From Octopus vulgaris (lineage: Eukaryota), in contig OX597817.1 of assembly GCA_951406725.2 (NCBI GenBank), forward strand, positions 11,780,001 through 11,844,000: a stretch of DNA of 64,000 nt, given 5' to 3'. Position numbers and translations under genes: made by a program. The stretch's first letter is position 1; every line of letters begins with the position of its first letter. The notes under the pieces were generated by a model, which saw only the letters and a list, made by a program, of their open reading frames with translations, had not been told where the DNA came from and made no database searches. Below, piece by piece: positions 27,197-41,324 of this stretch.

Positions 27197-27597
27197 GTGT
27201 GGCTGTGTGGTAAGTAGCTTGCTTACCAACCACATGGTTCCAGGTTCAGTCCCACTGCGTGGCACCTTGCGCAAGTGTCTTCTGCTATAGCCCCGGGCCG
27301 ACCAATACCTTGTGAGTGGATTTGGTAGACGGAAACTGAAAGAAGCCTGTCGTATATATGTATATATATGTGTGTGTGCGTGTATGTTTGTGTGTCTGTG
27401 TTTGTCCCCCTAGCATTGCTTGACAACCGATGCTGGTGTGTTTACGTCCCCGTTACTTAGCGGTTCGGCAAAAGAGACCGATAGAATAAGTACTGGGCTT
27501 ACAAAAGAATAAGTCCCGGGGTCGAGTTGCTCGATTAAAGGCAGTGCTCCAGCATGGCCGCAGTCAGATGACTGAAACAAGTAAAAGAATAAAGAGT
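27197..27597 (+). mobile_element. SINE family A
   Basis: Full match lacking the first few bases. Confidence 0.9.
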
Positions 27598-27854
27598 ATA
27601 TATAAATGTATGTATGCATATTTATGTATGTGTATATTGTACATATAAAACTACGATTGTCACAGTTCTTGATACTGTTGTAATACTCCTTGGTTATTCA
27701 TTATTGTATTTTTACCAACAATATTACAAAACGCTGTTTCCATTAATGCTATGGTACATGTAACATTCAACCCCGGAATAAGGTGATATATATCTGGCAT
27801 ATTGGGAGGCATCTTGCCAATCAGATTTGTTATTTTTTCTCATTTTACAATTAG

Positions 27855-28764
27855 TTCGGTTATTTACGTTGGCAAAATTTCATCCTTACATCTTGTAAAA
27901 TGGTTGTGAGTGTTTACACCACTCACTCATAATCCTATCTTCGGATCCTAGAAGATGAAAATTCTGTTTTTACACTTAAGTTGTACGAAGGGCAAAGAAG
28001 AGCAACAACTAACTTTGTTTCTGAGGATGTAGTACAATCAAACACAACGACAGTTCTCGTCAGCGTGACAGTACAAAAACATAATAATACAGAAAGAAGC
28101 AGTCGTAAAGTTGCTTTTCTTGTCACAGGCAAATAAATTCACTATTAACATCAAAGAAAATATATCTTGTTACTTATATTGTCTCTAAACTTAATTAGAG
28201 ATTAATTTGTTCAAGCATAAACGACACGGGACTTATCATAGACACACACACGTGTCTGTGTTTGTTTAGATATGTATGTTATAAAATTTCATAAAGAATA
28301 TATGTATAAAAAGTACATGTATTTATGGAATTATGAATGTTATTTTAAATCCTTATGCAAATGTTTATCTGGTGATCATTATTATATTGGACATTGTTCC
28401 ATATTCATTTGAAACCCTATTTGTCTCATATAGAAAGTTGTACGCAACAACACTTCCTAAAATCACTGTCCTAAGAAGTTAAAATGTTATTCTAATGTAA
28501 ATTATTTCCTATACAATATCGGTAACAAAAGAACAAGGTCCTCCCATATTTTCCTTTCCTTTACCTTAGCATCAGCACCATTGACAACCATTCGGTAACA
28601 GCAGAATATGCCTGTTCTAATGAAGAAATAAGAATAGGTCAGTTCTTTGACTGCGTAGCCTTTCATGCTTGGACAAAAACAAACTTTACCTCTTTTTCCA
28701 AAATTTATTGTCCATTAGAAGATTGTCGTGAAAACAGATTATTTATGGGCATAGATTGAACAAG
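27855..28764 (+). pseudogene. Two decayed exon-like segments (27855-28128, 28570-28764), possibly CUB-like and C-type-lectin-like
   Basis: Polypyrimidine-AG acceptors. Translations FGYLRWQNFILTSCKMVVSV..*..VVQSNTTTVLVSVTV..KVAFLVT and YACSNEEIRIGQFFDCVAFHAWTKTNFTSFSKIYCP; each has an in-frame stop and the phases do not join. Confidence 0.3.
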
Positions 28765-28968
28765 GTAAACGGATAATTTTAGCGCATTTAAATGGCAATT
28801 TGCTAACAGAAAGATTGTATAACATACAGATTTGATCAAGTGAAAAATTTATGCTCACATATGTTTATGCAGGTATGTGTGTAGGCAATCAAGTAGGGAA
28901 CTTCTCTATAAACAAACACATTTTAACGATTCCAGCTACCGACCTCCACACTCATATATATATATATA

Positions 28969-29275
28969 TCTTTATATATAAAATTTAAGTTGTGTGTGTG
29001 AGACTCTGTCTCCTCCGATTTAGATTCCTAACTACTCCCACATTTTGCGGTGCAGTTTAACCAAAAGCGGGTATCTTATAGTCGTCATTCATATCGAGCC
29101 CTTCTGGATATTAGCGCGCGTATACGATGAGTCTACGATTTAAAAAAAAATTTACCATCATTTTTCCGCATTTTTAATGATTTTTGCTCGGGTTATATAA
29201 GTGAAGTAACTCTCTAAAAATGCTTATATAGTTATTTCCCTTAGAAACCCGAGCAACACCGGGCGATACTGCTAG
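28969..29275 (+). mobile_element. Non-autonomous Helitron
   Basis: A|TC start, CTAG|T end, subterminal hairpin CCCGAGCAACACCGGG, no TSD. Confidence 0.85.
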
Positions 29276-29429
29276 TATTCGATGAAAACATTACTTTAAC
29301 TCTGATAGACTTTTACAGGAACGTATTGGCAAAATTATCAGCCAGCAATAAGAATAGTTGCACATGTATGTCTTATTATACATATAAATATGTATGTTTA
29401 TGTATTTACAAATATATTTATATATTCTT

Positions 29430-29824
29430 TCACTTATTTCAGACATTTGACTGCGGCCATGTTGGAGCACCACCTTTAGTCGAATAAATCGACCCCAGGA
29501 CTTATTCTTTGTAAGCCTTGTATTTATTCTATCGATCTCTTTTGCCGAGCTGCTAAGTTACGGTGACGTAAACAAACGAATATTGGTTGTCAAGCGATGG
29601 TGAGGGACAAACACGGACACAAACAACAAACACATGCATACATATATATACATATATATACGACAGGCTTCTTTTAGTTTCCGTCTAACAAATCCACTCA
29701 CAAGGCTTTGGTCGGCCCGAGGCTATAGTAGAAGATACTTGCCCAAGGGGTCATGCAGCTGGACTGAACCCGGAACCATGTTGTTGGGAAGCAAGTTTCT
29801 TACCACACAGCCACTCCTGCACCT
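29430..29824 (-). mobile_element. SINE family A, diverged
   Basis: Reverse complement of family A. Confidence 0.85.
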
Positions 29825-30039
29825 ATGATTATACATTGCACACACACACACACACACACATATATTCACAAATAAGCACAAAAATGCGAAACAAGGTGGA
29901 AAAATAGTACTCGAATATAGTAATGTGTATTGTCTCATATGCATGTATAATGATAAATATCGATGATTCTTTATTGCCCACTAGGAGCCAACATAGACGG
30001 GGACTAACATAAAAATGCCTTTAAAATTTTACCTGTAAT

Positions 30040-32230
30040 TATATAAGGAATGAGTTACTATACAAAATACAAAACAAATGGAGTGGTGTTTGGGTTCAGC
30101 TCCAACCTCGCGAGCCCCAGTCCACCACTGATACCTTTTCAAGACACTTTATGGCATACTAACACGGTTACACCCACTCGCAACACTTGGGCAACAAACT
30201 TCCATCTTTCATCGAACATTTTCTTCTTCAGCCTCACTTTCCTTTTCAAGTGAAAAGCAAAATACCTTTGTACGGCAAGGCCAGAGATGAAGCTGCCTGT
30301 CTTTACTCCTTTCATCCTTCTCTTCCATACCACCTCTTTCGCTACTGCTACTACGATAAGAAAACAATTCTTACCTTCATTTCACAAAATTTCTGGTGGA
30401 TCAATTTTTATAATTGACTCAGTCGACATCTGTACTCTTCCTGTACCAGACAACAGATGTTCCACATAAGCCCACATCTCCACACTCATTCATCATCCAG
30501 GAGAATCCAGAGATGCCTCAACCTCAGCGACATATTTGCGCATCAACAGCCAAGGCATCCCTAGTCCTCCCTTTAACGGTCTTTGACAACAAATAGAGCG
30601 TCTTCCTCAAAAAGCGAAAGAGCTGTCTTTCTAACTTGATAAACCACGAATCCGGGCAAAGAACGACGGTTAGGCGGTAGGTAATGACCAATGCGATGAA
30701 CACATTGGTCACCTCCGCCATCCCTTTAAGGCATAGCCACCGCCAAGACCAGGTCTTGACTAAGTAGTCCACCCTGCCCGAAATCTCAGTCCAATTCTTC
30801 TCTGCATGGAGGTTCGGACCAAACCAGGAACCTAGCAACTTAACCGGCCCCTCCGTCTAACGTCCTACGACGCTGTCTGAAGGCATCAACTTGCCCCTCC
30901 AGGTGCCGAGTTGCAAGCCGACCGATTTCTCCCGGTTAATCTTTGCTCCTGCCACCGTCTCGTAAACCGCAATAACCTTGCCTACCCCCTGCAGGCGTTC
31001 CGTTTTGGTACGCTGATGGTGATGTCATTCGCATAAGCTGAAACATACTCTCCATATCCTTGCTCACTCGGGATGCCACTCAAAACTTCGCAGTAACGGC
31101 TGAAGAGCCATCACATACAATAGTGGTGAGAGTGGACACCCCTGGTGAATCGAGCGTTTGATTCAGAACGGTCATGATAGAAAACCGTTCACCTGAACGA
31201 TCGAGTTAATGTTTTCATACAATTGAATTATCCACCTAAGGAAGCCAAGACCCAGGCCAAAATCTGCGATAACAGTCACTAGGTAATTATGGTCAACCTT
31301 ATCGAAAGCTTTAGATTGGTCTAAATGTACCAATGCTCCACCATTGCCAAATTTACTCCCAAACTCCTCTAAGATGTAGTGGAGAAGGTGGAGATTATAC
31401 TGGATGCTTCTGCCGGGAAATGCACATGTCTGTGACTCCCCGATCAGACCATCCGCGACACGCGCCAACCTTTTTGCTAGCACCTTGGACAAAATATTAT
31501 TTTCTGTATTTAACAGAATGATGGGCTTGAAGTTATCCATACGATTCCCCTTGTCTGGGTCCTTTCTGAGAGTGTCACCACTCCCCGGCGTACATATCTG
31601 GGAGTAAACTCATTTTATTGCCAGTTCGGGTACACGCTGGCCAGCAGGTGCCCGAACAAGTCTGGCATACACTTATATAGCTCGTAGGTGACTTACCTTC
31701 GGTGACTTACCTTCGCTACATCCGCCACAGCCTCAATCACCTACCCAGGCGTAATCGGCCCTTCACAAGCCTCCGCATCCTGCACCGAGAGGCACGGTAG
31801 CCCGGCAAGGAAATCATTTGCACGTTCATATTCCTATAAACCCACATACTCAAGTCAGCTTGATGGAACTTTCTTCTACTCATACTACGGAAGTGAAGCA
31901 CACCCCCGGCAAACTGGGCAACAAACGAGAATCGAAAGTAGACGGCGCGGTACGACAGAGAGGAAGCCGATTGTTATTCACAAGTGACATTTCCGAAATT
32001 ATTATAAGAATATGAACTTCCCAAAGATGCTCTGTTAGATCATTTGACATGCTAGAAATAACACCCAACTGTGTTCAAAAACCATTCGGTCCATTCCCAC
32101 CCCCACCGAAAAGCTAGGCGAAGTGCTCCTGAAAGGCCTCACACATTTCTGGTTCGTTTACCAATACACCTTGATTATTTACCAAAGATCGAATAATGGA
32201 TTTATTTCCACGTTAAGCCTTTTGATACTG
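30040..32230 (-). mobile_element. L1/Tx1-clade LINE ORF2 remnant (RT domain) with a foreign insert at 31814-32082
   Basis: DNFKPIILLNTENNILSKVLAKRL..QTCAFPGRSIQYNL..LDQSKAFDKVDH, QGCPLSPLLY, SAYANDITI, LLGSWFGP; frameshifts and stops. Confidence 0.9.
31814..32082 (+). repeat. Local near-identical duplicate of 35352-35679 lacking ~60 bp
   Basis: Direct comparison shows only a few mismatches and one deletion. Confidence 0.92.
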
Positions 32231-32313
32231 TTCCCAAAGACTCAACTATAATTGGCACTATCTTCCCCTTCTTCATTTTCCATAGCCGGGCTCTGTCGTA
32301 CTTAAGAGGGTTG

Positions 32314-32373
<60 letters not shown>

Positions 32374-32410
32374 CATCCATCCATCCATCCATCTATCTAT
32401 CTATCTATCC

Positions 32411-32441
<31 letters not shown>

Positions 32442-32442
32442 G

Positions 32443-32534
<92 letters not shown>

Positions 32535-32592
32535 GTCTGTCTATCTATCTATCTTTTCGCCTTCCTTCTTGATTATTTGTAGGTCAAAGTGG

Positions 32593-32646
<54 letters not shown>

Positions 32647-32654
32647 TATTATTA

Positions 32655-32692
<38 letters not shown>

Positions 32693-33156
32693 GATTCAGC
32701 TCTACGTGACTTGAAGCTTCGCTGGCTTTTAACAGAAACCGACCCGTTCAGACTCGGATTACCTAATACATATATATATACACGCACACACACACACGCA
32801 CACCCATACACACACACACACACATACATACTTTCATAGATGACTTTAATGAGAGAGGGTGACATTTTCTGTTGCTCAGTCATAATCCTCATAAAAATGA
32901 AGGGATAAGCTATGACGTCAAAGTCCTGTCATGATTTCTCATATCTGATAAAAGGATTTCTTGGTCAAGTGTATATTTAGGAGAAAAATGATCTTCGCAG
33001 AAAACGAACAAATTTTATCTCAGTTATTTAAAATTGCTGATTACGTTAGATTCGGGATTTTAGCATCTGACTTTCTAGGTCTATATTTGTTTCTTTAAAC
33101 TGAAATATATGTGTGTATACGTATACATGTATATTTAAATGCATACATACACACAG

Positions 33157-33207
<51 letters not shown>

Positions 33208-33544
33208 AAAGTGACAGAACACATCGACAAATATATTTTTCCTGAAAATAAAGCAAAAACAACATAAATTAATCAAAATATGCTTCCATTTTTAGAAATG
33301 GAATTAAAGTAAAAACCAGACAGATGTTGTAGACAGAATCAAAAGGGGAATAGCGTTCTCTTTAATACAAATTCCATACAGATTAGCAGTGAACCCAATG
33401 TCATCTGATTATCTTTTCTGTTAATGCGAATATTTTCATTTCAAAGTAAAATTTCTATTACGACTCTAGAGAAGCTATGTTTAGATATATCAACATATTT
33501 TTCAATAGATAACTGCGCATCAACTTATGGTATTAGGTAACGAA

Positions 33545-33760
33545 ATAAATTTTAATCCGTCTGGCGAATCAATTAAGACGATTCAATTGATTCTGAAAGA
33601 GTTATGAAAGACATCTTCATTTTGTCTATGTAGATGCGACTGGGCTCGACAGAGCCTGCCGTTATTCATTAAAAAATTATGGTATTATTTGAATTCCATT
33701 GGTTATCGAAACCCTCGCCATTTACGCAGTGTTCTGCAGTTCCTAGCACAAGGATATAAT
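33545..33760 (+). pseudogene. Possible LDLa/GRL101-like remnant
   Basis: Frameshifted FNPSGESI..DSERVMKDI and ACRYSLKNYGII..IGYRNPRHLRS recall the LDLa and CxY..G...GCRxxxHLxxC motifs of GRL101-type receptors. Confidence 0.25.
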
Positions 33761-34576
33761 ACTATTTATGGATCTTTTTAAATCTATTTGAGAAATTAAG
33801 GCGATCAGCTGCCGATGGTTAGCCTACCGGGTAAAATGCTTGGCGGTATTTCTTTCGGTACTTTAAGTTCTGAGCTCAAATCCCGCTGAGGTCAGTTTTA
33901 TTTTTCATATTTAGGGAGTCAATGAAAAACGTGTCAGTCAAGTGCTGGGATGAATGCGATCGATTAAACACCTTCCTCTTACATCGCTGTTCTTGTACCA
34001 ATTTTAGAAAGGATTATACGTATAAGAAATGGATTATTTGAGAATTAAATGTTCTTGAACATAACAGAACTAATCACAAATCCTATACCACAGACACTGA
34101 TTAGTAATCAAACAGCTGAAGTAATTGAGCAAGATACAAATGAAATAAAAAGAATAAAAGAATGATCGTTTATATATGAAAACACACACACGCACACACA
34201 TACACACACACTAGCACTCAAACACGCACACCTTATATTATGATTCTACTTTGCCAGGCCTGTACCAAAATCCATATTTTGGTACCAAATCAATATATTG
34301 AGTTCTAGCTCTATATATTTACACTTCAGAGTATTTGAGCAAATATAAGCAGTTAGACGTTCTCCCCTTCACACTCTCATGTGAAGCAGTACGACAGTAC
34401 AGAGTGAAATATAAATGACAAAGGAACAAGAGTTACGTAATCACTTTCATCAACTCACTGCGCTTTTTGCTATAAGGAACCATGCACCTAAATTTGAGCG
34501 GCAGTGCAATACCTTATAGCTTCGTCAAAGACATTTGAATGAAAATGTCATGCCTATATGCTAATGAAAGTGATTA

Positions 34577-34870
34577 GTGGAGGCACATGGCCTAGTGGTT
34601 AGAGCAGCGGATTCGTGGGATCACGGGTTCGGATCTCAGACCGGTCGATGTGTGTGTTTATGAGCGAAACACCTAAGCTCCACGCGGCTCCGGAAGAAGG
34701 TAATGGAGAACTTCAGCTGAATCTTTTGCCACAACTTTCTCTCTTTCATCCTGCCTCTTGCAGCTCACCTGCGACGGACAGGCGACCCGTCCAGGTGGGG
34801 AGCCTATACACCAAGGAAACCGGGAAACCGGCCCTTATGAACCAGGCGTGACTCGAGAAGGAGCAAAAAA
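34577..34870 (+). mobile_element. SINE family C, tail type 2 (V-domain-like)
   Basis: Family C head; tail CCTGCGACGGACAGGCGACCCGTCCAGG resembles the V-SINE conserved domain. Confidence 0.8.
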
Positions 34871-35881
34871 TGAAAGTGATTATGTAACCATCTTCTATTG
34901 AATATATTTAATATTAGTCGCTCCATCTCCCTCTCTCTCTCAAGACACACACACATGTATGTATGTATGTATGTATGTATGTATGTATGCATGTATGTAT
35001 GTATGCATGTTTGCATGTATGTATGTATGTATGTATGTATGTATGTATGTATGCATGTATGTATGTATGCATGTATGTATGTATGTATGTATACACACAT
35101 ACACATATATATTTGACTTTAATTTTAATACTCTGTTACTTGGAAGATTGAAACTGAAATTTTCACCGCAAACTAAAGCATTGGATAAAACTGGAAAAAG
35201 CCATATTCATAGCCCTGAATAAGCCCTAATTTACAAAACTTATATTGAAAATTCTTTTAATGTAAGCTTGCTTTACATAATGCCTCATTTTTACCTCAAC
35301 AGAGAGTAATGTAGTAAGAGGCTACTATCGTGTGATATAATGAAACATTCTTCATTTACACGTTCATATTCCTATAAACCCACATACTCAAGTCAGCTTG
35401 ATGGAACTTTCTTCTACTCATACTACGGAAGTGAAGCACACCCCCGGTAAACTGGGCAACAAACGAGAATCGAAAGTAGACGGCGCGGTACGACAGAGAG
35501 GAAGCCGATTGTTATTCACAAGTGACATTTCCGAAATTATTTCCGTAGCCTGAAGAAGGTTAGAACAGGCTCCATCAAGCTGAGTTAACTATGAGAATTT
35601 ATAAGAATATGAACTTCCCAAAGATGCTCTGTTAGATCACTTGACATGCTAGAAATAACACCCAACTGTGTTCAAAAACGACATTAGATAAAGTAGTCCT
35701 TGATTAGAACGTGTTTATTACATATTCTCTCAATCAGGGCTGATGAAAGGTTAAACAACCACAGCAACAATAACACAACGAATGTAAATGAATCAAAGCT
35801 TTTTTTTTTTTTCTAACAGTTTAGAAGAGGTACTAGTAAATGAAAATTCAATTACTCAGATGGTTTGCAATTATTTACAAA

Positions 35882-36006
<125 letters not shown>

Positions 36007-36008
36007 CC

Positions 36009-36103
<95 letters not shown>

Positions 36104-36193
36104 CTATCTATCTATCTATCTACCTATCTATACATGCGTGTATATGTATATGTGTGTGTGCGTGCGCGCGTGTGTACATATACACGTATACAC

Positions 36194-36603
36194 AGGCGCA
36201 GGAGTGGCTGTGTGGTAAGTAGTTTGCTTACCAATCACATGGTTTCGGGTTCAGTCCCACTGCATGGCACTTTGGGCAAGTGTCTTCTGCCATAGCCTCG
36301 GGCCGACCAAAGCCTTGTGAGTGGATTTGGTAGACGGAAACTGAAAAGAAGCCCGTCGTATATATGCATATATGTATATGTATATATGTGTGTGTGTGTT
36401 TGTGTGTCTGTGTTTGTCCCCCCAACATCGCTTGACAACCGATGCTGGTGTGTTTCTGTCCCCCGTAACTTAGCGGTTCGGCAAAAGAGACCGATAGAAT
36501 AAGTACTAGGCTTACAAAGAATAAGTCCTGGGGTCGATTTGCTCGACTAAAGGCGGTGCTCCAGAATGGCCGCAGTCAAATGACTGAAACAAATAAAAGA
36601 GTA
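36194..36603 (+). mobile_element. SINE family A
   Basis: Full match. Confidence 0.92.
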
Positions 36604-37125
36604 ATACATAAGTGTATATGTGTATATATGTATATACTTGAAGGCGTAGAGAACCGTTTTAAAAATTCCCTTTCGAAAGTTTGCATCTACAATTAACCTT
36701 TTCCTGACTAATGCAGTGACTGGTTTATCACTTCTGTTGTTTACGTGAAAGACACTTTTACTTACCAACTTAGCCGTTATTCAGGCCATATTCCAAATTA
36801 TATCTGAGAACGTTTGAAATTTCACTTCCATAGTTATTGGCTGATATTGATTACAACACGATATCGACAGCAAAGCAAGCATGTCTACGACCTGCGTAAG
36901 TTATTTAAAACAACCTATGTATTTTTCTCACTTCACTTTGTCTTTCCTCCGGTGCTATGGAAAAGCCCGAGAAGATCATTCTATTGGCTATATGAAGCAG
37001 CTAGAAATAATAGAAGGACAAAGATCAGTCAAACTTTAACCATTTTGCGACATAACAGTTTCGGCAACAAACCTTTCTCTGCAAATAAGAAAAACAAAAA
37101 CAAAAAAAGCATAAAATCTGAAAAA

Positions 37126-37544
37126 GGCGCAGGGGTGGCTGTGTGGTAAGTAGCTTGTTTACCAGCCACATGGTTCCGGGTTCAGTCCCACTACGTGGCA
37201 CCTTGGGCAAGTGTCTTCTACTATAGCCTCGGGCCGACCAAAGCCTTGTGAGTGGATTTGGTAGACGGAAACTGAAAGGAGCCCGTCGTATATATGTATA
37301 TATGTATATATATATATACGTGTGTGTGTGTTTGTGTGTCTGTGTTTGTCCCCCTAGCATTGCTTGACAACCGATGCTGGTGCGTTTATGTCCCCGTTAC
37401 ATAGCGGTTCGGCAAAAGAGACCGATAGAATAAGTACTGGCCTTACAAAAGAATAAGTCCCGGGGTTGAGTTTCTCGATTAAAGGCGGTGCTCCAGCATG
37501 GCCGCAGTCAAATGACTAAAACAAGTAAAAGAGTAAAAAGAGTA
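37126..37544 (+). mobile_element. SINE family A
   Basis: Full match. Confidence 0.92.
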
Positions 37545-37879
37545 AACAGTAACCTCAAAATATAAAAAACTCAAAAACAAAGGACGGCGGCTGTCACAGA
37601 TACCAATTGTTATTGTAATTCTCGTGATACTAATCGGTGTTCTTCTCAAAATCTAGAGAACCGGTGAAAATCTACCATTAGAGAAATCGGAAAATGATAT
37701 AAACATACGGCTCTCGCTGTCATTAAACTCTCGTACATTTCCACATGTTACCGATTTTACGGAGACAACTGCGGGATATTATCAACTTAACGTTTTGAAG
37801 CCACAGCTGAGTGACAAACCATTCTTAACGAAGTGAAAGAAAATGCCAACTGCTCACATGTTAAAAGTTATCGATGATG

Positions 37880-38335
37880 TTGTTGGAATCATGTGATATT
37901 AGTTACTGGAAAATTAGTACATTCCAATGCACAGCTGCTACTACTTTTAAAGAGCAACTAGAAGAAACGTGCAGAGCACGAGCTAAGGCAAATTAGCAAA
38001 CGGCAGCCATTCAGATGGGAAACATAACTTGGAGACAGCATCAACAATCTGTGCCGTCATTTTGGATGACTGCACTGGGATATAGAGTATCCTTCTGTTT
38101 TGAATACACAGTGTATATTGATGGAACGTTACTTTAAACACTTCTACCATGTGAATACTTAACAGATCGGATATAGTTGTTTAGGACAAACAAAAGTATG
38201 GACCAAAAGAAGTATGCACCATAAACAAAACTTGACTTAAACAGGATTCAAATAATCCTATCAGGTAGTGCTATTAAGTTAGACATGGCCTGGACCAATC
38301 TTTGGTCGAAACATATCTAAGTTTATCTAAGTTTA
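37880..38335 (+). mobile_element. Possible decayed Penelope-like 3' region (GIY-YIG-like remnant) ending in the hammerhead-like fold (copy 2, 38279-38320)
   Basis: Frameshifted TFQC.SCYYF*RATRRNVQ resembles YxIxCxxC..YIGxTxR; fold TTAGA-CATGGCCTG-GACCAA-tct-TTGGTC-GAAAC-ATA-TCTAA. Confidence 0.4.
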
Positions 38336-38412
38336 TGCGTCGTCATACAAGTCAGCTGCCTTACCGATGTGAATATCTCTTCGAAAATCAAAGAGAAAGA
38401 GGATAAAATAAG

Positions 38413-38948
38413 AACCGATAATATAAGTACTAGGCTTACAATAAGTTTTGTGGTCGATTTGTTCGACTAAAGGCGGTGCTCCAGCATAGCCGTAGTCAAA
38501 TGACTGAAACAAGTAAAAGAATAAAAGAATATATATATATATATATATGGAGTGGCTGTGTGGTAAGTAGCTTGTTTACCAACCACATGGTTCCGGGTTC
38601 AGTCCCACTGCATGGCATCTTGGGCAAGTGTCTTCTACTGTAGCCTCGGGCCTTGTGAGTGGATTTGGGAGACGGAAACTGAAAGAAGCCCGTCGTATAT
38701 ATATATATATATATGCGTGTGTGTGTTTGTGTGTCGGTGTTTGTCCCCCTAGCATTGCTTGACAACCGATGCTGGTGTGTTTATGTCCCCGTTACTTAGC
38801 GGTTCGGCAAAAGAGACCGATAGAATAAGTACTGGGCTTACAAAAGAATAAGTCCCGGGGTCGAGTTGCTCGATTAAAAGGCGGTGCTCCAACATGGCCG
38901 CAGTCAAATGACTGAAACAAGTAAAAGAGTAAAAAGAGTAAAAAAGTA
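38413..38948 (+). mobile_element. SINE family A: 3' fragment (38413-38530) followed by a near-full copy (38549-38948)
   Basis: Sequence match to family A. Confidence 0.9.
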
Positions 38949-39194
38949 TATATAAGGAGAGTTCAGGAAAAAAACAAAAGACGAAGACAGGTGTAGACAA
39001 CAAACAGATGTATCAGTATACACACACACATATATAAAATTCGATTAGAAGTCATGTTAGCCTTACGAAGGGATGGTGTCATCCAAGGAAATACTGATTC
39101 TATACCTAATAATTTGGGGTTAACTGGTTTCCTTAAAATAATAGGTATATATATATATATATATATATATAAACTTGTAGTTTATATTCTTATA

Positions 39195-39634
39195 AAAGAA
39201 GAAAATGGAAATTCTGAAGTTATTAAGCGTTTGTTATCAACACAAAAACAAGCAATATTCCTTACAGGTGTTTCAATTATACACAGTGAATTAATTAAAT
39301 GTTAAGTTCATATTTCTGAACATAATATCTTCAGAAGAAAAAAAAAATTTTTCTCTTAGCTGTTTTATATTTTTGTTTATGGATTTATTATAGCCAACAG
39401 TCTGCTATAATAAATCCATAAAGAAATATAAAAACCATGCAAACGAACATACAAAACATATAAAACGTCTAAGGGCATATTTTTTCCCCCTCTGAAGTTA
39501 TGCTCAGAAATATGAACTTAATATCTAATTAATTCACTGTGTATAATTAAAACAGCTGTAAGGGATAATGTTCGATTTGCTGTTGATAATAAACTCTTAT
39601 TAACCTCACAATCTCCATTTTCTTCTTCTTCTTC
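39195..39634. mobile_element. (TA)n-flanked fold-back element with a hammerhead motif on each arm
   Basis: Arms are reverse complements around an inner hairpin centred ~39395. Left arm minus (39339-39258) TTCTT-CTGAAGA-..-GAAA-CACCTG-TA-AGGAA; right arm (39488-39564) CCCT-CTGAAG..AAAA-CAGCTG-TA-AGGG, damaged. Related to 4831-5000. Confidence 0.75.
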
Positions 39635-39660
39635 CTATATATATATATATATATATATAT

Positions 39661-39805
39661 ACCGGAGTAAACACATAAATGTGAAACAAGGTGGAAAAAA
39701 GAGTACTCAAATACCAGTGGTAGATTAATATGCTTTATTTAAAGCAGCAGAAAATTCAACAAAACCTGTTACTCTGAGTTTCACGGTCCCGTTCGTCGGA
39801 CCAGT
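39661..39805 (-). mobile_element. (TA)n-anchored Penelope-like fragment with a variant hammerhead
   Basis: Minus: CCGACGA-ACGG-ga-CCGT-GAAA-CTCAGAG-TA-ACAG. Same family at 48646-48800 and ~29870-29915. Confidence 0.55.
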
Positions 39806-40251
39806 CACAGTTATTCTGCACTGACTTCTCACCACAGAGCTAATATTTTAGACGTGGTAATGTTGCTAATAATTTTAATGATCGTGTAATTAACTTCAAT
39901 ATGCAAATTCACAAACTTTCATGTGTGCTAAGTAGGAGTTTCTATATAACCCTCACCTCTGGTAATGTGTGGGTATGTATACAAATAGTTATAAGAGCAG
40001 AGAAGCAACAGCTGTATCTTATAAGTGCTTCAGGTATACATGAATATATTGGAAAGTGGAAAATAGTAGCATACCCGACTAACACAGAGCACTCCTTACG
40101 ACAAACCATTGTATCACGGGTAGCTCTTAACATGCATGGTGTCTCGTGCATTCATAACTCTGTCAAATTATGTATTTTTTCATTATAGTGCTGTCTATAA
40201 CTTTTATTGAGGTATACATCTGAAAACTTTATTTACATACTTTATTTACAT

Positions 40252-40655
40252 AGGCGCAGGAGTGGCTGTATGGTAAGTAGCTTGTTTACCAACCACATGG
40301 TTCCGGGTTCAGTCCCACTGCGTGGCATCTTGGGCAAGTGTCTTCTGCTATAGCCACGGGCCGACCAATGCCTTGTGAGTGGATTTGGTAGACGGAAACT
40401 GAAAGAAGCCTGTCGTATATATGTATATATATATAAGTGTGTGTGTATATGTTCGTGTGTCTGTGTTTGTCCCCCTAGCATTGCTTGACAACCGATGCTG
40501 GTGTGTTTACGTCGCCGTCACTTAGCGGTTCGGCAGAATAAGTACTGGGCTTACAAAAGAATAAGTCCCGGGGCCGAGTTGCTCGATTAAGTGGTGCTCC
40601 AGCATGGCCACAGTCAAATGACTGAAACAAGCAAAAGAGTAAAAGAGTAAAGAGA
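40252..40655 (+). mobile_element. SINE family A
   Basis: Full match with a small deletion. Confidence 0.9.
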
Positions 40656-41260
40656 TACAATTTTATTTTCCTACATAAAACAAAGGCATATATTGTATAT
40701 TTACTCAACGATGCCTTCATTATTGAGTCAATAAATACTTTGAAGGCTATGTTTCGCTAATAAGGTCAGAGCAAGGCGTAAACTACGTTTGAGTAGTTTC
40801 CCGTACATGCTGCAAGAATGAAAATAATATTAACCATCAACTAATATTGGTTTGCTCTCACTGCATAAATATTTTTTGTAGTTATCTCTAGAATGTTCTC
40901 TGCAACATGTATGTCAACACTAACGTTACCATTAACTCTGCTATGCAGACGTCACAAGAAGCGGTTGATGAAGACAAGGTTTCCCATGCAATTTACTTCG
41001 TTTAAATAGGTTATGCTGCACATCACACTTCCTTTAACTGTCTATCGCTGTCTATGTACCTATCGATCTCTCTCCTTCTCTGTCTCCTTAGTATATATGT
41101 GCGTATGTATGTATGTATGTATGTATGTATGTATGTATGTATGTATGTATGTATGTATGTATGTATATATGTATAGTTATGCATATCAGTGAGTGTGATG
41201 ATATTTATATTGTATACATGTATATATATATGTATATGTATGTATGTATGTATATATGTA

Positions 41261-41324
<64 letters not shown>

